A stretch of DNA of 64,000 bases from Hyphomonadaceae bacterium UBA7672 (GTDB lineage: Bacteria > Pseudomonadota > Alphaproteobacteria > Caulobacterales > Hyphomonadaceae), in NCBI GenBank assembly GCA_002483135.1, contig DLHI01000018.1, positions 11,189 to 75,188 of the forward strand. Reading direction: 5' to 3'. The translations under genes were made by a program, and so were the position numbers. Positions 28,245-37,096 of this stretch are shown here, one piece after another; position 1 is the first letter of the stretch; each line of letters opens with the position of its first letter. The notes under the pieces were generated by a model that worked only from the letters and a program-made list of their open reading frames with translations, was not told the DNA's origin and searched no databases.

Positions 28245-29030
28245 TCAGCCCGCGTTGCGCGACTGGGTCAGCACGCGGGTGACGTCTTCGGGCGCCACGC
28301 GGCCGCTCCACGGATCCTCGGGATTCACCTCGATGATCAGTTCGCCATCCTTGAACTCCACGCGCGGAGCCTTACCCCGGCGCAACGTGACCTTCTCAAT
28401 CTTCGAAGCCGCACGCCCGGCCTGCCCGTTGGCGGTGCGCACGCCCAGCACGAGGATGCTGAGCGCATCCGCCGCAAAGGCTTCCCGCGTAGTGAAAGCC
28501 TGTGTGCCCCAGACGGTCACGTCATGACCGGCTAGCTTGGTCAGCTCGTTGACGGCGGCGATGCGCATCGCATCAAGGCCGGCCGTCATCACTGGCGCCG
28601 ACAAGGGCGGGAGATAGCCCCGGTGCGGGTCGGCCGGCATGCCGCGGGCGTCATGCAGGTAGGAGACGACGCTGCCGGTCATGGTCACCTTGAGGACCGT
28701 GCGGCCACGATAGTCCATGAAAAGGGTAGAGCCGCCCGCGCCGGGAACCGGGACAAGCGGGAGAATTTCGTTGCTGCCGTCCAGCTGCAGAAGAACCATC
28801 GAGCCGCGCTGTTCGAGCAGGAAGCCGCCGCTGGGCGAGCCAAGGTCGTCATAGCGGACGGCGCCGGGAGGCAGGCTGGACACCTGGGAGCGTGTGGTCG
28901 CGAAGGTAGGCGGCGGCATCTCTGGCGGCTGCGCGAAAGCCGGGGCGGCTGCGCCGAGCCCCAGTCCAATCGCTACCGCGATCCCTGCAGCGGCTTTTGC
29001 CGCCAGCCAATGAGATACTTTCACCTTCAT
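28245..29030 (-). CDS. Secreted hypothetical protein (possibly DUF4908-like)
   Basis: Signal peptide MKVKVSHWLAAKAAAGIAVAIGLGLGAAAPAFAQ. The track ORF (to 29816) reads through antisense to phaB and is not credible beyond 29030. Confidence 0.6.
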   Translation of the reverse strand: MKVKVSHWLAAKAAAGIAVAIGLGLGAAAPAFAQPPEMPPPTFATTRSQVSSLPPGAVRYDDLGSPSGGFLLEQRGSMVLLQLDGSNEILPLVPVPGAGGSTLFMDYRGRTVLKVTMTGSVVSYLHDARGMPADPHRGYLPPLSAPVMTAGLDAMRIAAVNELTKLAGHDVTVWGTQAFTTREAFAADALSILVLGVRTANGQAGRAASKIEKVTLRRGKAPRVEFKDGELIIEVNPEDPWSGRVAPEDVTRVLTQSRNAG

Positions 29031-29215
29031 CCCCGCCATATGGCACGGAAAACAGGGCGATTCTTTGTTCGCAACGAGAGCCCCACAGAGGACGATGCGG
29101 CCTTTCAGCGGCAGACGCAAGACTGCCGAACCCAACGAAATCAGGCCTTTAGAGAGTCTTTCCCCGGCGTTGCTCTGATGCCTCGCCCCCATTCGCCACA
29201 CGTGCCGTGGCGACA

Positions 29216-29941
29216 TTAGCCTGCGATGTATTGCCCGCCATTTGCGGTGAGAGTCGCGCCGGTGATGAACCCCGCGTCGCCGCCCGCCAGGAACGAGACG
29301 CAGCCCGCAATCTCGCTGGCCGAACCAAGGCGGCCGACGGGAATAGTGGCGATGATACTCTCGAGAACCTTGGCCGGCACGGCCTGGACCATCTCGGTGT
29401 CGATGTAGCCGGGGCAGATCACGTTCACGGTGATGCCCTTCTTGGCGTTTTCCTGAGCCAGCGCCTTGGTGAATCCGATCAGGCCCGCCTTGGCGGCGGA
29501 GTAGTTCACCTGCCCCACCTGCCCCTTCTGGCCGTTGATCGAGGAGATGTTGATGATGCGGCCATAGTTCCGCTCGCGCATGCCCTCGATCGTGAGGCGG
29601 CAGAGGTTGAAGGCCGAGGTGAGATCGATGCGGATGACATCGTCCCACTGCTGGCGGGTCATCTTGTGAAGGGTCGCGTCGCGGGTGACGCCGGCATTGT
29701 TGACCAGGACGTCGATGGGCCCGAGTTCGGCGTTGATCCTGGCGATCCCGTCGGCGCACGCGTCGTAATCGCCCACATCCCACTTGTAAGCCTTGACGCC
29801 CAGCTCCTCGGCGCACTTGGCGGCGGCTTCGTCATTGCCAGCATAGTTGGCGGCCACCTTGAAGCCGTCCCGGACCAGGCGCTCCGTGATCGCCCGCCCG
29901 ATACCGCGGGTTCCCCCAGTAACCAGCGCCACCTTCGTCAT
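29216..29941 (-). CDS. phaB: Acetoacetyl-CoA reductase (SDR)
   Basis: It has VALVTGGTRGIG, NNAG and YSAAKAG, with near full-length similarity to PhbB as I remember it. phaR is adjacent. Confidence 0.88.
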   Translation of the reverse strand: MTKVALVTGGTRGIGRAITERLVRDGFKVAANYAGNDEAAAKCAEELGVKAYKWDVGDYDACADGIARINAELGPIDVLVNNAGVTRDATLHKMTRQQWDDVIRIDLTSAFNLCRLTIEGMRERNYGRIINISSINGQKGQVGQVNYSAAKAGLIGFTKALAQENAKKGITVNVICPGYIDTEMVQAVPAKVLESIIATIPVGRLGSASEIAGCVSFLAGGDAGFITGATLTANGGQYIAG

Positions 29942-30009
29942 AGCCGTCTCCCATCCATTCACGAGCAGGTGATCGCTATAGCAGATTCACTAACGGGCGG
30001 TCTCGCAAA

Positions 30010-30050
30010 GCATGTGCGGCAAAGTTTTTTGCTGCGCACATGCTGCGCAC
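30010..30050. promoter_or_regulatory. TGC-rich palindrome plus 10-bp direct repeat in the phaB-phaR divergent region; candidate PhaR operator
   Basis: GCATGTGCG (30010-18) pairs with CGCACATGC (30035-43), with inner GCAAA/TTTGC arms. TGCTGCGCAC occurs twice (30030-39, 30041-50), 11 bp apart. Confidence 0.45.
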
Positions 30051-30179
30051 GCGGAAGGGTGTGTGCAGTTGCGTAAAGTTCGTGCTACATCACGATCTGT
30101 ACGGGAATTAATGAGCTGGTCCGCCAGGCTGGGGTCGCGCAATCCCCTTCCGGCAAGGGCCGCCTGACGGGAGACGCAC

Positions 30180-30863
30180 TTGTCGCAATCCAACGGTAAC
30201 GGCGCCCACGAGAAGATAGTCATCAAGAAGTATGCGAACCGACGCCTCTACGACACGTCGACGTCCGCTTACGTCACCCTGGAACATCTCTCGGAACTGA
30301 CCCGCCAAGGGAAGGACTTCATCGTGCAGGACGCCAAGAGCGGCGAAGACCTGACCCGCGCCGTCCTCGCCCAGATCATCTTCGAGCAGGAGAACAAGAA
30401 GGAGGGCGTGCTGCCCGTCTCATTCCTGCGCCAGCTGATCCAGTTCTACGGCGACAATTTTCAGACCATGCTCCCCGCCTATCTCGAACTGTCGATGAAG
30501 ACGTTCAACCAGCAGCAGGACAAGTGGCGCGACTACATGAACACCGCCGTCGGCGAGGACAAGGCGAAGGCCTTCGAAGAGCAGATCCGCAAGAACATGG
30601 CGATGTTCGAGGACACGATGAAGTTCTTCACGCCCTTTGTTCCGGGCGCCCCCGGCGTTCCGGGCATGCCCGGGATGCCGGGCGTAGCAGGGGGAGCCAC
30701 TGCGCCGCGTGCTGACGAGGCGAAGCCGTCGGCCAGCGCGCCGCCGAGTGGACTCGACGCCATCCGCGCGATGCAACAGCAGATGCTGGAAATGCAGAAG
30801 CAGCTGGCGCAGATCGCCACCGGCGCCTACACGCCGCCCGCCGACAAGGACAAGGCGCAGTAG
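30180..30863 (+). CDS. phaR: Polyhydroxyalkanoate synthesis repressor PhaR
   Basis: IKKYANRRLYDTSTSAYVTLEHLSELTRQGKDFIVQDAKSGEDLTRAVLAQIIFEQE is the conserved PhaR N-terminal domain. TTG start. Confidence 0.9.
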   Translation: MSQSNGNGAHEKIVIKKYANRRLYDTSTSAYVTLEHLSELTRQGKDFIVQDAKSGEDLTRAVLAQIIFEQENKKEGVLPVSFLRQLIQFYGDNFQTMLPAYLELSMKTFNQQQDKWRDYMNTAVGEDKAKAFEEQIRKNMAMFEDTMKFFTPFVPGAPGVPGMPGMPGVAGGATAPRADEAKPSASAPPSGLDAIRAMQQQMLEMQKQLAQIATGAYTPPADKDKAQ

Positions 30864-30877
30864 GAAACACGACACCG

Positions 30878-31195
30878 ATGGACATCCGCGACACCATCTT
30901 TGCTGATGCTGTCGCGGCCATCGACGCAGGCGATGTCACCCGCCTCGACTCACTGATCACGCAGCACTCGCACCTCGTCGGAGATCGTCTCCAGACGGAT
31001 GAACCGGGCCATTTCGCCGACCCCTATCTCCTGTGGCTCGTCGCGGAAAACCCGATCCGCAACGGGAGGCTGCCGGCTAATATCGCCGAGGTGGCGATGG
31101 CGATCATCGACCATATCGACCAGCAGCGCCTCAGTTCGCGGCCGGCCCAGATCGACTACGCCGATCTGGAAGCAAGACCGCGCCCCCGCGGTTAA
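30878..31195 (+). CDS. Hypothetical protein, possibly a truncated remnant
   Basis: Coding GC3 is good through about codon 95. The ORF then ends in an Arg/Pro-rich tail (ARPRPRG) that looks out of character. Confidence 0.4.
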   Translation: MDIRDTIFADAVAAIDAGDVTRLDSLITQHSHLVGDRLQTDEPGHFADPYLLWLVAENPIRNGRLPANIAEVAMAIIDHIDQQRLSSRPAQIDYADLEARPRPRG

Positions 31196-31259
31196 CCATT
31201 CGTCTGCCGATTTAATGTGCGCGCATGCAACGCGGTGCGCCGCTTGCAGTTTACTCTGC

Positions 31260-31535
31260 ATGCGTATCGAACCCGCTCCTTACGTGTTCCGGAATGAGGA
31301 CCGCCGCCAGCGGTTCGATGACCGGCGCGCGAGCGAAACCGAGCGCAGCACCGAAGAAGCCACCCGCCAGACCCGCGCCGTTCACGCTGCCCCAAAATGG
31401 TTCGCACCGACATTCGGCGCCCATATCCTCGGCCAGGCCACGCCCGTGCGTGTGCCTGCCGCCCAGGTTCGCCGCGCCTACGCGCAGCCTGAAGAGCGCA
31501 TGCCCCTGCGTCCGGGCACGATCACCAGCGCCTGA
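31260..31535 (+). CDS. Small hypothetical protein (91 aa)
   Basis: The sequence from ATG 31260 is MRIEPAPYVFRNEDRRQRFDDRRASETERSTEEATRQTRAVHAAPKWFAPTFGAHILGQATPVRVPAAQVRRAYAQPEERMPLRPGTITSA. GC3 is about 75% by eye. No family was recognised. Confidence 0.35.
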   Translation: MRIEPAPYVFRNEDRRQRFDDRRASETERSTEEATRQTRAVHAAPKWFAPTFGAHILGQATPVRVPAAQVRRAYAQPEERMPLRPGTITSA

Positions 31536-31540
31536 ATTCG

Positions 31541-32602
31541 TTAAACCAGCCAGGTCAAATGCCGGCCGTGGGGATCGACTTCGGCCAGCGTGACATCACT
31601 GCGTCTGCCCTCGTCCCACGCCGCCACGTGAAGCACATAACGTGTTGATCCCGGCTGCCCCGTGATCACGCTTTCTGGCTCGAAGCTCAGCCACGCCAGC
31701 CGCCTGCCCGGCGATGTCCTTGCGCCGGCTGCAGCGATGGCCTCCAGGATGGAGTCACGCACATCGCGCGGAGGGTACTGCAGGAAAACTGAGTGGTAGA
31801 TCACGCTCGTGCCCTGCGGCAGTTCGCCGGCGAGCGCGCGACGCGTCCACACCGCGGCATCCGCCTTTTCGACTTTCACCCCGGTCGCCTGCGCCAGATC
31901 GAGCGCGGCGAGAAGGCGTTCAAGCCGCGCCGTCTGGTCGGCCCATACATAGGCGCGCAGGCGAAGGCGATCATCCGGATTCGCGGCGTCGAGCGGGTTC
32001 TGGTCACAAGCCGCGCGTGAGGCGATGGCGATGTCGCGCCATGGTGGCAGCGGCGCGCCCCTGACTTCTGTCGGCATAAACGGCCCGGCGACGCCCGCCC
32101 GTCGCCATGCCGGATACGCATAGGCGAAGCGGTCCCAGTTGAGATTGAGCCCCGCGCTCGCGCCCAGTTCGAACAGATGGAAGGGCTCAGGGCTATGCTG
32201 CGCCAGCCACATGAAGCCGGCTGCCAGGCCAGTTGACCGCGCGGTCTCGTTGGTCTGCGGCGGCGAGCGCATGAAATCGCGCACCCACGCATCGTCATGT
32301 TGCAGGAAGGCGATCACCGCAGGCCAGATGCGATCCATCGACCAGTCGCCGCGCGCGTCAGGATACTCCGCCGCGAGCGCGGTATCTCGCCCCGTCAGCG
32401 CCGCCGCATGCAGCGCGCCAGCCCATCGCAGCGAAACGGCATCGGCGCGCGGATTACCCTGCCAGCCGTCGATCAGCTGCGCCACCGGTCCACCGGCTTC
32501 GATGTCATCTGCCCCACGCGCCAGAAGCTCTGACGTGAACCGCGACCCGAACTCGGCGCAGAAGCGCGACTGAAGACGAAACTCTTCCAGCACCAAGACC
32601 AT
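31541..32602 (-). CDS. DUF2332 domain-containing protein
   Basis: It has FRLQSRFCAEFGSRFTSELL, LRWAGALHAAALTG and LFELGASAGLNLNWDRF, as remembered for DUF2332. Confidence 0.7.
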   Translation of the reverse strand: MVLVLEEFRLQSRFCAEFGSRFTSELLARGADDIEAGGPVAQLIDGWQGNPRADAVSLRWAGALHAAALTGRDTALAAEYPDARGDWSMDRIWPAVIAFLQHDDAWVRDFMRSPPQTNETARSTGLAAGFMWLAQHSPEPFHLFELGASAGLNLNWDRFAYAYPAWRRAGVAGPFMPTEVRGAPLPPWRDIAIASRAACDQNPLDAANPDDRLRLRAYVWADQTARLERLLAALDLAQATGVKVEKADAAVWTRRALAGELPQGTSVIYHSVFLQYPPRDVRDSILEAIAAAGARTSPGRRLAWLSFEPESVITGQPGSTRYVLHVAAWDEGRRSDVTLAEVDPHGRHLTWLV

Positions 32603-32611
32603 CAGCTCACC

Positions 32612-33664
32612 TCACGGCGTCATCACCACGCGCCCGATGACCTTGCCATCGCGCAGATCATTCAGCGCGGCGTTCACCTGATCGAGCGGCCGCGTCGCCA
32701 CGGGTACATCCGGCGCGCCCTTGCGGTTCACCAGCTCCAGCAGCTCCGCGATCTCCGGCAGGCTGCCGACATAGCTGCCTTGCACGGTCAGGGCCTTCAT
32801 CGGGAAGAAGGGCGTCGAGATCGTTACGTCGCCGCCGAACAGGCCGACGACGACAACCTTGCCGCCCTTGATCGTCGCATCGACGCCAAGCTTCACGGTT
32901 GCGCCCGCGCCAACGAAATCGATCACCGACCACGCCCCGCCGCCCGTTGCCGCGCGGATCTGGTCGAGCGCATCCTTCGCCGATCCATCGATCACCACGC
33001 CCGCGCCCGCCGCCTTCGCCGCTGCGCGCTTGGCCGGATCGATATCGACGACGATGGTGGACTTGCCGCCCATCTTGCCATGCAGCGCCAGCGCCATCAG
33101 ACCAACGCCACCCGCGCCGATCATCACCACCGGCTCGTCGCGCAGCGTGTCGCTCACCTTCTTCAGCGCGCCATAGGCCGTGACGCCCGAGCATGCCAGC
33201 GGCGCCGCGCGTTCCGGCGCCAGCGATCCAATGTCGAACAGATAGCGCGAATGAGGAACCAGCACGTGCGTGGCAAACCCGCCGCCGCGGTGAATGCCAA
33301 CGCTGCACGGCTTCACGCAGAGATTCTCTTCGCCGCGCCGGCACACCACGCACTCTCCGCATCCCATCCACGGATGGATCAGCCGCACATCACCAACCGA
33401 AACGCCCTTTGCATCCGGTCCCTTGGCGATCACCTCGCCGACATTCTCGTGACCCATGGTCAGCGGCAGTTTCACGCCGCGATCCTGCAGGCGCAGCTTC
33501 TGCCCGCCTCCGATGTCGTAATAGCCGTCCCAGATATGCAGGTCCGAATGGCACACCCCCGCCGCGATCACGCGCAGCACAACCTCGGCGCCTTTGGGCT
33601 GCGGCGTCTCGCGCTCGATCCGCTGCAGCGGCGCACCGCACTCGCAAACGTCATAGCTGAGCAT
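32612..33664 (-). CDS. Zinc-dependent alcohol dehydrogenase family oxidoreductase
   Basis: It has GVCHSDLH (catalytic Zn), GHENVGEV, CGECVVCRRGEENLC (structural Zn) and GAGGVG (NAD). Confidence 0.88.
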   Translation of the reverse strand: MLSYDVCECGAPLQRIERETPQPKGAEVVLRVIAAGVCHSDLHIWDGYYDIGGGQKLRLQDRGVKLPLTMGHENVGEVIAKGPDAKGVSVGDVRLIHPWMGCGECVVCRRGEENLCVKPCSVGIHRGGGFATHVLVPHSRYLFDIGSLAPERAAPLACSGVTAYGALKKVSDTLRDEPVVMIGAGGVGLMALALHGKMGGKSTIVVDIDPAKRAAAKAAGAGVVIDGSAKDALDQIRAATGGGAWSVIDFVGAGATVKLGVDATIKGGKVVVVGLFGGDVTISTPFFPMKALTVQGSYVGSLPEIAELLELVNRKGAPDVPVATRPLDQVNAALNDLRDGKVIGRVVMTP

Positions 33665-33696
33665 GAATATCTCCGGCCGAATTTGTCTTCGATAGC

Positions 33697-34236
33697 CTAG
33701 GCCTTCAACGCATTCCGCGCCAGACGGTCTGCGCGACCGGCCAGTGCGGGAATGCGGTTCGCGCCGTGCATCAGCTTCACCGCCGCTACCGCGACGTCCA
33801 GCTCCATTCCGGCCGCCGTGACATAAAGCGGGCTGTCGCTCGACCCGCGCCGCACTTCGGCGGCCCAATAGCTTGCGCCATGAAACTGCGTCTTAGCGAT
33901 GCCCACCACGGCGCTCGTCCCGCCGAGAGCGGTGTGAAGATGCGCGCCGAGGCCCTTGCGATCCTCGACGCCGAGCCAGACATAGCCGTCGATGACGATG
34001 ACATCCGGCTTGCGCGGCAGCATCGCGAGAACAGAGAGCAACAGCGGCAGTTCGCGCTTGTAGAATTCGCCGGGCTGATACGACTCAGCTACCCCTGCAC
34101 GGTGGCTAAACTCGCTCAGCGGTTCGGCCGAATCCCAGCTCGCCGCCATAACGCATGCTGCCGCCGATGCGTCGTTGCCGTAAGCCGCATCCAGAACGGC
34201 AATCACCTCAGCGCGATATGACGGCGTCGGCTTCAA
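33697..34236 (-). CDS. Endonuclease V-like protein (short, divergent)
   Basis: It has YQPGEFYKRELPLLLSVL, PDVIVIDGYVWL, GLGAHLH, VVGIAKT and LYVTAAG, aligned by eye to E. coli Nfi blocks. The start is TTG 34236 (overlapping ridA) or GTG 34206. Confidence 0.55.
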   Translation of the reverse strand: MKPTPSYRAEVIAVLDAAYGNDASAAACVMAASWDSAEPLSEFSHRAGVAESYQPGEFYKRELPLLLSVLAMLPRKPDVIVIDGYVWLGVEDRKGLGAHLHTALGGTSAVVGIAKTQFHGASYWAAEVRRGSSDSPLYVTAAGMELDVAVAAVKLMHGANRIPALAGRADRLARNALKA

Positions 34237-34600
34237 CCTCGACCAGCCAGCCCGGGTTGATCAGCGCGTGCGTGCCGAGGAAGGAGGTCGCAGGTTCGAT
34301 ATCCTTGAATATCTCGCCGTGCACCTCGCCCGCCTCGCGCCAGCGCGTCATGTCAGTGAGGAAGACGCGGGTGCGCACGATATGCTTGAGGTCCGCCCCG
34401 GCCTCGACCAGCGCCGCCTCGATGATTTCGAAACAACGCTTCGTCTGGCCCTTCACGTCGCCTGGCGCCGCCACCGAGCCATCCGGCGCGATGGGCGCAC
34501 AGCCCGATACGAACACCAGATCGCCCACGCGCACAGCGCGCGAGAAACCCAGTCCCAGCTTCGATCCGCTAGGAACCTTGGTTACGTTTCCACCAGACAT
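34208..34600 (-). CDS. RidA/YjgF/UK114 family protein
   Basis: 130 aa with AVRVGDLVFVSG, VRTRVFLTDM and VEVEADA. Confidence 0.8.
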   Translation of the reverse strand: MSGGNVTKVPSGSKLGLGFSRAVRVGDLVFVSGCAPIAPDGSVAAPGDVKGQTKRCFEIIEAALVEAGADLKHIVRTRVFLTDMTRWREAGEVHGEIFKDIEPATSFLGTHALINPGWLVEVEADAVISR

Positions 34601-34604
34601 GGGA

Positions 34605-35786
34605 TCAAGCCCGCTCGATCGCCATGGCGATGCCTTCGCCGCCGCCGATGCAGAGCGCAGCCATGCCCTTCTTGGCGCCCTTCTGCTCCATGGCGTTGAT
34701 CAGCGTGACCACGACGCGCGCGCCCGAGGCGCCGATCGGGTGACCCAGCGCGCAGGCGCCGCCATTCACGTTGACCTTGTCATGGCCGATGCCGAGTTCC
34801 TTCATCGCGATCATGGGGACGACGGCGAACGCCTCATTGATTTCCCACAGGTCCACGTCGGAGGCTTTCCAGCCGGCCTTGTCCAGCGCCTTCTTCATCG
34901 CGGGAACGGGGGCCGTCGTGAAGTAGGCCGGCTCGTGACTATGAGCGGCGGCGGCGACGATCCGCGCCAGCGGCTTGAGGCCACGCTTCTTGGCTTCGGA
35001 TTCCTTCATCAGCACGAGCGCAGCAGCGCCATCTGAAATGCCCGACGCGTTGGCGGCCGTCACCGTGCCGTCCTTCGAGAAGGCGGGGCGCAGGGTCGGG
35101 ATTTTTTCCGGCATAGCCTGACGCGGCAGTTCGTCGGTGTCGATCGTCACATCGCCCTTCTTGCCCTTGACCGTCACAGGAGCGATTTCGCGCTTGAAAC
35201 GACCTTCCTTCGTGGCGGATTGCGCCCGGCTCAATGTCTCCAGCGCGTAGGCGTCCTGCTGTTCGCGCGTGAACTGGTATTCCTTCGCAATCATGTCGGC
35301 GAAATTGCCCATCGCGCCGCCGCCATAGGCGTCTTCGAGACCATCCGTCGCCATGTGGTCACGCAGTGCGGCCGCGCCATATTTGTGGCCCTTGCGCAGG
35401 TCCACGAGGTGCGGAGCGTTGGTCATGCTCTCCATGCCGCCCGCGACAACCACGGTGGCGTCGCCCGCGAGAATGGCCGCGCGGCCCATCACGGCAGCCT
35501 GCATGCCCGAGCCGCACATCTTGTTGACGGTAGTGGCTTCCGAGCTTTTCGGCAGGCCCGACTTCAGCGTCGCCTGGCGCGCAGGCGCCTGGCCCTGTCC
35601 CGCCGGCAGGCAGTTTCCCATGTAGACGAGTTCAACGTCCTCGCCCTTCACGCCCGCTTCGGCCATCGCGGCCTTGATCGCGTGGGCGCCCAGTTCGTTG
35701 GCCGAGAAGCCGGCCAGTTCGCCCAGCATCGCACCCATCGGCGTGCGCGCCATGCCTACGATGACTACCGGATCGGATGCGCTCAT
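34605..35786 (-). CDS. phaA: Acetyl-CoA C-acetyltransferase (thiolase II)
   Basis: It has VNKMCGSGMQA (active Cys), NASGISDGAAA, NVNGGACALGHPIGASGAR and CIGGGEG. Confidence 0.92.
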   Translation of the reverse strand: MSASDPVVIVGMARTPMGAMLGELAGFSANELGAHAIKAAMAEAGVKGEDVELVYMGNCLPAGQGQAPARQATLKSGLPKSSEATTVNKMCGSGMQAAVMGRAAILAGDATVVVAGGMESMTNAPHLVDLRKGHKYGAAALRDHMATDGLEDAYGGGAMGNFADMIAKEYQFTREQQDAYALETLSRAQSATKEGRFKREIAPVTVKGKKGDVTIDTDELPRQAMPEKIPTLRPAFSKDGTVTAANASGISDGAAALVLMKESEAKKRGLKPLARIVAAAAHSHEPAYFTTAPVPAMKKALDKAGWKASDVDLWEINEAFAVVPMIAMKELGIGHDKVNVNGGACALGHPIGASGARVVVTLINAMEQKGAKKGMAALCIGGGEGIAMAIERA

Positions 35787-35907
35787 GGAGATAGCCTTCC
35801 TCTGAAATGTTGGCCGCACAATCAGCCCAACCTGTCCCAAGTCAAGCGTCCTGGAACGCCGCTGGGGCATGAGAGTTGATCTTCTACTCTAGTATGGAGG
35901 ACGCGCG

Positions 35908-36366
35908 ATGTCAGGCCTGAGGATCGAACATGGCGCATGGGTGATGGTCGGAGACGGGGAAAAGGCGCTTTTCCTGCGCAATGAAGGCGATGCGGATTAT
36001 CCCAACCTGCAGGTCCTTAATGCCTGGACGCAGGACAACCCGAAAACCGCCGATCAGGGCGTAGATCGCCCGGGGCGAACCCATGCCTCGACCGGCGAAC
36101 ACCGCAGCGCCGTGCAGCAGACCGACTGGCACCGCCTGGAGAAGCATCTCTTCGCCGGCCGGATCGCCGAGGCGCTGTATGAGGCCGCGGACAGGAAGGC
36201 GTTCAGCCAGCTGGTGATCGCCGCCCCACCCGTGATCCTGGGCGAGCTTCGCAAGGCGCTCCACAAGGAGGTGGCTGACAAGGTTGTCGCCGAGATCGCC
36301 AAGGACTTCACCCACATGCCCAGCCACGAGATCGAGAAGGCGCTGACGGGCCCAGCTGCGGCCTAG
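35908..36366 (+). CDS. Host attachment protein family
   Basis: It has WVMVGDGEKALFLRNEGD, LVIAAPPVILGELRKAL and EIAKDFTHMPSHEIEKAL. The family call is from memory. Confidence 0.6.
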   Translation: MSGLRIEHGAWVMVGDGEKALFLRNEGDADYPNLQVLNAWTQDNPKTADQGVDRPGRTHASTGEHRSAVQQTDWHRLEKHLFAGRIAEALYEAADRKAFSQLVIAAPPVILGELRKALHKEVADKVVAEIAKDFTHMPSHEIEKALTGPAAA

Positions 36367-36587
36367 TCGCGGATCGCCAATGCGATCAGACGTCGTGCGC
36401 CGGATTGCCCATTCCGGGCGCTCCGGGCGGCGCGGCGCCATCAACAGGCCGCTCGCCGAATGTCATCGGCTCGCGCAAGGCGGGCAATTCATCAAACAGG
36501 GTCGGTTCGGCAACTGGCGCCGCGGGCACATCGGGCGCGCTGGCTTCCGCCTCCCCGCCCGATGCAGTCAGTTCAGGCCCGGGCGCC

Positions 36588-36830
36588 TTAGCGCTTCTTT
36601 TTCTTCTTCGCCTTGTCGCCTCCACCCACGTCCTCAACCTCGAACGTGATCTGGAGGTTGACCCGGTAGGACGTGATCTTCCCGTTCTCGATCACGGTCG
36701 ACAGGTTATTGACGTTTGCGGATCGCAAGCCGCGCACCGTCTTCGAGAAGCGCGCAACGGCAGTCTGGATTGCGTCCTCGAATGATTTCGGCGACTCGCT
36801 GAGAATCTGTTCGGACTTCATGATGGCCAT
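36588..36830 (-). CDS. Dodecin-like flavin-binding protein with Lys-rich tail
   Basis: SESPKSFEDAIQTAVARFSKTVRGLRSANVNNLSTVIENGKITSYRVNLQITFEVED matches the dodecin fold pattern. The tail is GGGDKAKKKKKR. Confidence 0.7.
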   Translation of the reverse strand: MAIMKSEQILSESPKSFEDAIQTAVARFSKTVRGLRSANVNNLSTVIENGKITSYRVNLQITFEVEDVGGGDKAKKKKKR

Positions 36831-37096
36831 GGCTTGTCTCCCAACTGGCGAAGGAAGGGGACCCTACGCGCGAGGCGATGGCAATGCGTCTCGCGCAGCG
36901 CGCGAAGCATCAGCCACGCAGCCAGCCCCGCCGCGACCCACGCTCTCATGACCATGCCTTCCAGCAGTATCCGGTCATTGGACCCGCACACACGCGGAGA
37001 ATCAAAACCGAATGACGTCCACATGCCGCAAATTCGGGGCGCTTGTGGAGCCGATAGCCTGAGCGCAACATAGGCAGGCAACGGGGAGAAGACAGC

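Noticed and set aside
29041-29058. TGGCACG on the plus strand upstream of the secreted-protein/phaB region, looking like a -24 element.
   Set aside because: There is no TTGC at the -12 position (TGGCACGGAAAACAGG), and the orientation does not face a gene start.
28245-29816. 523-aa ORF spanning the secreted-protein gene and running antisense through phaB.
   Set aside because: Only the part from the MKVKVSHW... signal peptide (29030) downstream looks like a protein. The upstream 260 codons are Arg-rich and overlap the well-supported phaB on the other strand.
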